This document shows, in pieces, positions 60,022 to 64,000 of a DNA stretch of 64,000 nt. This DNA comes from a bacterium. Lineage in GTDB: Bacteria > Patescibacteriota > Minisyncoccia > Phycocordibacterales > UBA6899. The position numbers and the translations under genes are program-made. The stretch is from the NCBI GenBank assembly GCA_043756865.1, contig JAYUQG010000025.1, positions 921 through 64,920 of the forward strand, in the 5' to 3' direction. The notes beneath the pieces are model-generated. The model was not told the origin of the DNA. It made no database searches and was given only the letters and a program-made list of their open reading frames with translations. The stretch's first letter is position 1, and every line of letters begins with the position of its first letter.

Positions 60022-60119
60022 TATTTCATACAAGCGAGATGCCTTAACGGTATCTTGCTCTGTTTTTTAAATGGAGGAATCTTGTCTATGTTATTCGTTA
60101 TTCGTAATAGGTACTACTT

Positions 60120-61472
60120 ATGTTGGACTTAAAAACAATGAAGTCTGCCCTTGAGCAACTCGAGGCAGAAAAAGGGATCTCGAAAGAGAAAATCATCGAT
60201 GCAATTGAGGCGGCACTTGCGGCTGCGTACAAAAAAGATTACGGGAAAAAAGGGCAGATCGTGCGTGCGAAGCTCGACATGAACACAGGGAAGACTGATT
60301 TCGAGCAGGTGAAAATTATTGTGGACGATACCATGGTCCGTCAGCCGATTGAGGGAGAAGAAGATGAGGATGACGCACCGGTGCGCCCGTTCGTTTCTAC
60401 GCCAGAGGCAATTGTCGGAGCGGAAGGTCAAGGCGATATCGACACGCGCGTTCGCTTCAACCCCGAGCACCACATTATGATTGAGGATGCACGGCTTATT
60501 AAAAAGGATTCGCTGCTCGGCGAAGAGCTTGTATTCCCACTTGATGCAAAAGATGATTATGGACGTATTGCCGCACAGACCGCTAAGCAGGTTATTATCC
60601 AGAAGATTCGCGAGGCCGAGAAAACATCCGTGCTCGACGAGTTTGCGCAGCGCGGTGAGGAGATAGTGAGCGGAATCGTCCAGCGTATTGAGCGTGGCAA
60701 CATTTTTATCGACCTCGGACGCGCAACCGGACTCCTCGCATATGAAGACCAAATCCCCGGTGAACGCTACCGCACAGGAGAACGCATGCGCAGTTACTTG
60801 TACTCGGTAGAGGATTCCCCCCGCGGAGTGAATTTGCGGCTTTCTCGTGCACATCCAAATTTTATTCGCGCACTCTTCTCGCTTGAAGCACCTGAAGTAC
60901 AGAGCGGTATTGTGGAGCTCAAGGAAATTGCGAGAGAAGCAGGTTCGCGCACAAAGATAGCGGTGCACTCAAACGACGAGCACGTAGATCCTGTCGGGTC
61001 ATGTGTTGGCCAGCGGGGTGTTCGCGTCGCGACAGTAATTTCGGAACTTGCAGGAGAAAAAATCGACGTCATTGAATGGTCACCGAGCGCCGAGAAATTT
61101 ATCGCTGATGCACTCTCTCCTGCAAAGGTCCGCAGTGTCATCGTCAATAGTGCAGACCGCCAAGCAACCATTGAAGTGATGCCCGACCAACTCTCCCTTG
61201 CAATTGGACGAGGGGGGCAGAATGTGCGTCTCGCGGCCAAGCTGACTGGTTATCGACTGGATATCAAATCGACCGAAGGAGAGGCATTTGCTGCAGCTCC
61301 CGCAGTCGAGAAAAATGAGACGAAGACCCAAACTCCCGATGAGGAGGTAGCGGAATTTATCGCGTCAGACGAATCAGCGGGTAGCCCGAACCCCGAGACC
61401 GTAACAGCACAAGAGGAAATCATGGAAGACAAGGCGGTTGTTGCGGAGAATACCAACACGGAGCAAGAATAA
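60120..61472 (+). CDS. nusA: Transcription termination/antitermination factor NusA
   Basis: N-terminal domain, S1 and two KH domains (GxxG loops). Acidic C-terminal tail. Confidence 0.9.
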   Translation: MLDLKTMKSALEQLEAEKGISKEKIIDAIEAALAAAYKKDYGKKGQIVRAKLDMNTGKTDFEQVKIIVDDTMVRQPIEGEEDEDDAPVRPFVSTPEAIVGAEGQGDIDTRVRFNPEHHIMIEDARLIKKDSLLGEELVFPLDAKDDYGRIAAQTAKQVIIQKIREAEKTSVLDEFAQRGEEIVSGIVQRIERGNIFIDLGRATGLLAYEDQIPGERYRTGERMRSYLYSVEDSPRGVNLRLSRAHPNFIRALFSLEAPEVQSGIVELKEIAREAGSRTKIAVHSNDEHVDPVGSCVGQRGVRVATVISELAGEKIDVIEWSPSAEKFIADALSPAKVRSVIVNSADRQATIEVMPDQLSLAIGRGGQNVRLAAKLTGYRLDIKSTEGEAFAAAPAVEKNETKTQTPDEEVAEFIASDESAGSPNPETVTAQEEIMEDKAVVAENTNTEQE

Positions 61473-61545
61473 GCACTGCGTCGCGAGGTGCGACTCACAT
61501 AATCCAAAACTTGTAACCTAAAATTATTCTCATAATCTTTTATCT

Positions 61546-62070
61546 ATGAATCTATGGCATGACATTCCTTGCGGGGACAAAGATGGGTTGAATGTGATTA
61601 TTGAAATCCCCATGCTCTCACGCGTGAAGTATGAACTCGACAAGGATACAGGGCTTATCAAGTACGACCGCGTGCTTTACTCGCCCATGCATTACCCGTG
61701 CAACTATGGGTTTGTTCCCCAAACCCTCTGGGATGATGGAGACCCACTCGACGTGCTTGTCTTGGGAGCAGAGCCACTCGTCCCCGGCTGTCTTGTAGAG
61801 GCTCGCCCAATCGGAGTACTCGACATGATCGACGGCGGAGAGGGGGACGCAAAAGTACTCGCTGTACCCACTGCCGACCCACGCTGGAAGAATACGCGAA
61901 ATATCAGCGACCTCGAACCACACTTCCTCGATGAAATTAAACACTTTTTCACCGTCTATAAAGATCTTCAAAAAAAGAAGGTGCAAGTGGGTGAGTGGAG
62001 AAATGCGGAAGAAGCAGCAAAAGATGTTGCAAAATCAATTGCATTGTACGAGAAAAAATTTCCCAAATAG
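61546..62070 (+). CDS. ppa: Inorganic pyrophosphatase (family I)
   Basis: DGDPLDVLVL ... acidic active-site cluster. 174 aa. Confidence 0.9.
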   Translation: MNLWHDIPCGDKDGLNVIIEIPMLSRVKYELDKDTGLIKYDRVLYSPMHYPCNYGFVPQTLWDDGDPLDVLVLGAEPLVPGCLVEARPIGVLDMIDGGEGDAKVLAVPTADPRWKNTRNISDLEPHFLDEIKHFFTVYKDLQKKKVQVGEWRNAEEAAKDVAKSIALYEKKFPK

Positions 62071-62281
62071 TAACGAGGTGCACTTTGATCTCAACATAGC
62101 AACGTCCCATGGATATACCATGGGGCTTTTGCTTCTGTGTGGAAAAGAAGGCTCAATGCTTACTGCTTTTTTCTTCACCTAGCTTTCCCACAGCGATTGC
62201 CCCCCCCTGCAAGAGATTTGCTATACTATAAAAAGCACGGTCTTGCGTACCGCGTATTATTTATTCACTCAATTTTTTGTA

Positions 62282-63250
62282 ATGAAACGAATCAATATCA
62301 TCACTCTCGGTGTTGTGGGATTGGTGTCCCTCACACCGATGCTCACATTCGCTGAAGAAACAACAGTAGCAGCTGGAGCGAACGCAGAGGCAGGGACAAC
62401 AGTTTCCCCGTCTCCCGCACCAACATCGGATAGTTACTCATGGGGTGCCTCCAACCCTTCAACAGTAGGCACAGGAGGCGGCCACGGCGCAGGTCGCATG
62501 GCCTCGGGCACTGACCCAATGGGAAGTGGGGTGAGAAGCCCTCGTGACGCAGCAACAGGGCAATCTTCGGGAAAACGAATGATGGCCAGCGGAACAATGC
62601 CACTTCCTGCGGGAATGGAAATGCGCAACAAAACGATGGCTTCAGGCACGAAACCGCTTCCTCCAGGGATGGAGCAACGCATGATGCATCGCGACCAGAT
62701 GGGGAGTGGCACTGCGCGATGTACGGGCGGCGCAACGGGAACGAGGTGCGCAAACATGGACGAGAACAAGGAAGAGAGAAAAGAACGTATGGATGAGCGC
62801 AAGGAAGAAATGAAGGAGCGCATGCAAGAACGTCGCGGAGAAGTACTCAAGCGTATGTCCGAGCGCATGATTGAGCGCATGAACGCGGCAATTGAGCGCC
62901 TCACAAAGCTTGCTGACCGCATAGACTCACGCATAGCAAAACTGAAGGAAAACGGAGTAGTTACGGCATCTGCCGAGGCAAACATTGCGATTGCACGCAC
63001 CAAGTTGGCGGATGCTAAAGCGGCAGTCCTTGTTGCAAAAGGCGCGGTAGCGAGCGCAGTAGCGGAGGCAGACGCATCAACAGGTAGCTCAACACCCAAG
63101 GGAGTAGGAAAATCAGTACGCGGTGCGCTCGAGACCGCCCGTCAGGCAGTTCTAGAGGCACACAAAGCCGTCGTCGAGGCAGTCAAAAGCCTGAAGGCAA
63201 ATGTGAAAGTCGAAGGACAAACAGGTGCAAGCACAACGGTAGCACAATAA
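62282..63250 (+). CDS. Secreted Met-rich repeat / coiled-coil protein
   Basis: Signal peptide MKRINIITLGVVGLVSLTPMLTFA. Repeats RMASGT.PMGSG / MASGTMPLPAGME / MASGTKPLPPGME. Then KEERKERMDERKEEMKERM coiled coil. Confidence 0.5.
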   Translation: MKRINIITLGVVGLVSLTPMLTFAEETTVAAGANAEAGTTVSPSPAPTSDSYSWGASNPSTVGTGGGHGAGRMASGTDPMGSGVRSPRDAATGQSSGKRMMASGTMPLPAGMEMRNKTMASGTKPLPPGMEQRMMHRDQMGSGTARCTGGATGTRCANMDENKEERKERMDERKEEMKERMQERRGEVLKRMSERMIERMNAAIERLTKLADRIDSRIAKLKENGVVTASAEANIAIARTKLADAKAAVLVAKGAVASAVAEADASTGSSTPKGVGKSVRGALETARQAVLEAHKAVVEAVKSLKANVKVEGQTGASTTVAQ

Positions 63251-63280
63251 TTTATTTCACTAACCACAAATAAGAAACAC

Positions 63281-63598
63281 ATGGAAGGAGAAAAAACAGG
63301 AGGCGCAGCTGCGCCCATGACCCCAGTGAGCGGGGAAAGCAAGGCGGGATTTAACGCAATGCTTATCGTTGTCGTGCTCGCACTTATTGTGCTTGCGGTC
63401 GCCAGCTGGCTCATGATGCAAGATGCTACAGTAACTGTGCCCGTATCCGAAACACCAACAACGGGAGCCATGATTACTGAGGAAGATGTCACCACACAGC
63501 AAATGAAGACTCAGGGTACATCCGACAACATGACGGAAATTGAGGCCGACCTCAATGCGACCAACATGAACTCGCTTGAGGAAATCAATCAGATTTAG
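63281..63598 (+). CDS. Small membrane protein
   Basis: One TM (FNAMLIVVVLALIVLAVASWLMM). 105 aa. Confidence 0.4.
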   Translation: MEGEKTGGAAAPMTPVSGESKAGFNAMLIVVVLALIVLAVASWLMMQDATVTVPVSETPTTGAMITEEDVTTQQMKTQGTSDNMTEIEADLNATNMNSLEEINQI

Positions 63599-63796
63599 TC
63601 GAGCAATGCATGTTTGCAACACCACCCGACCTTGGGTGGTTTTGCTTGCGTGAAGCAAACAAAAAAGCTACTATGCTCGCATTCATCCGCCGAGATTCCA
63701 ATGGAAGATTTATCATTTAGTAACAATGTCAGTGCCCTAACGACTTTTCCGTGAGCGCGTACTGCATACCAAGGAAACTCTAGCGGAGAACATATT

Positions 63797-64000
63797 ATGG
63801 AAGAAAAACACACACATGCGTACACTGTTTCGGTAAAAAAACTGCCGGGCTCGCGTATTGAAATCACTACAAGTATGCCCGCGGAAGAATTTGACGCAAC
63901 ACGCAAGGCAGCAATTACGCGGATTGGTGCAGATGTCGAGTTGCCAGGATTTCGAAAAGGGCACGTACCCGAAAAGGTTCTTGCTGCCAAAATTGGCGAA
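63797..64000 (+). CDS. tig: Trigger factor (N-terminal fragment; continues beyond window)
   Basis: GFRKGHVPEKVLAAKIGE matches the trigger factor ribosome-binding domain signature (GFRKGKVP). GGAGAA RBS. Confidence 0.7.
   Translation, partial: MEEKHTHAYTVSVKKLPGSRIEITTSMPAEEFDATRKAAITRIGADVELPGFRKGHVPEKVLAAKIGE

Noticed and set aside
60129-61240. 279- and 148-aa minus-strand ORFs inside nusA
   Set aside because: They are shadows. NusA domains are unambiguous on the plus strand.
62434-63099. 221-aa minus ORF inside the Met-rich secreted protein gene
   Set aside because: It is an antisense, Arg/Ser/Ala-rich shadow.

Overview
This 64-kb window is a densely packed bacterial chromosomal segment containing only protein-coding genes. 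I found no rRNA, tRNA, CRISPR array or transposase. Gene content, frequent 1–4-nt gene overlaps, weak Shine-Dalgarno sequences and the type IV pilus and competence repertoire suggest a small-genome Patescibacteria/CPR-like organism; this is inference only.

Housekeeping anchors:
- The str operon rpsL-rpsG is separated by about 3 kb of inserted genes from fusA (EF-G).
- Other recognisable genes are PRPP synthetase, pgk and tpiA, nusA, inorganic pyrophosphatase, trigger factor (5' end only), RecJ, RNase HI, signal peptide peptidase SppA, a site-2 (M50) protease, a cation-diffusion-facilitator (CDF) metal exporter, and a HIT-family hydrolase.

Most interesting content:
- (i) A block at about 23.4–32.7 kb that looks GC-richer. 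It encodes NAD salvage (nadE, pncB, a PncA-like nicotinamidase) interleaved with a PP2C phosphatase, a Ser/Thr kinase with zinc-ribbon and repeat domains, and a vWA protein in one operon. A TrmB-like regulator sits immediately upstream, and an identical 21-nt palindromic motif lies upstream of both operons.
- (ii) A three-gene MotA/TolQ/ExbB-like module (stator-like proton channel plus two single-pass partners).
- (iii) A one-strand type IV pilus cluster of about 12 kb (pilB, pilC, seven prepilin-like genes, two of about 600 aa). A G13 homopolymer lies about 33 nt upstream of pilB.
- (iv) ComEC split into a membrane/competence-domain gene and a distant stand-alone metallo-beta-lactamase-domain gene.
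- (v) An 18-bp perfect inverted repeat enclosing 127 nt just downstream of fusA (ncRNA or miniature inverted-repeat element (MITE) candidate).
- (vi) A nucleotide-scavenging theme: DnaQ-like exonuclease, 5'-deoxynucleotidase and histidine phosphatase translationally coupled, tandem HAD-like hydrolase paralogs, a P-loop kinase and a MazG-like hydrolase.

Many long antisense ORFs inside the GC-richer genes were judged to be shadows and rejected.
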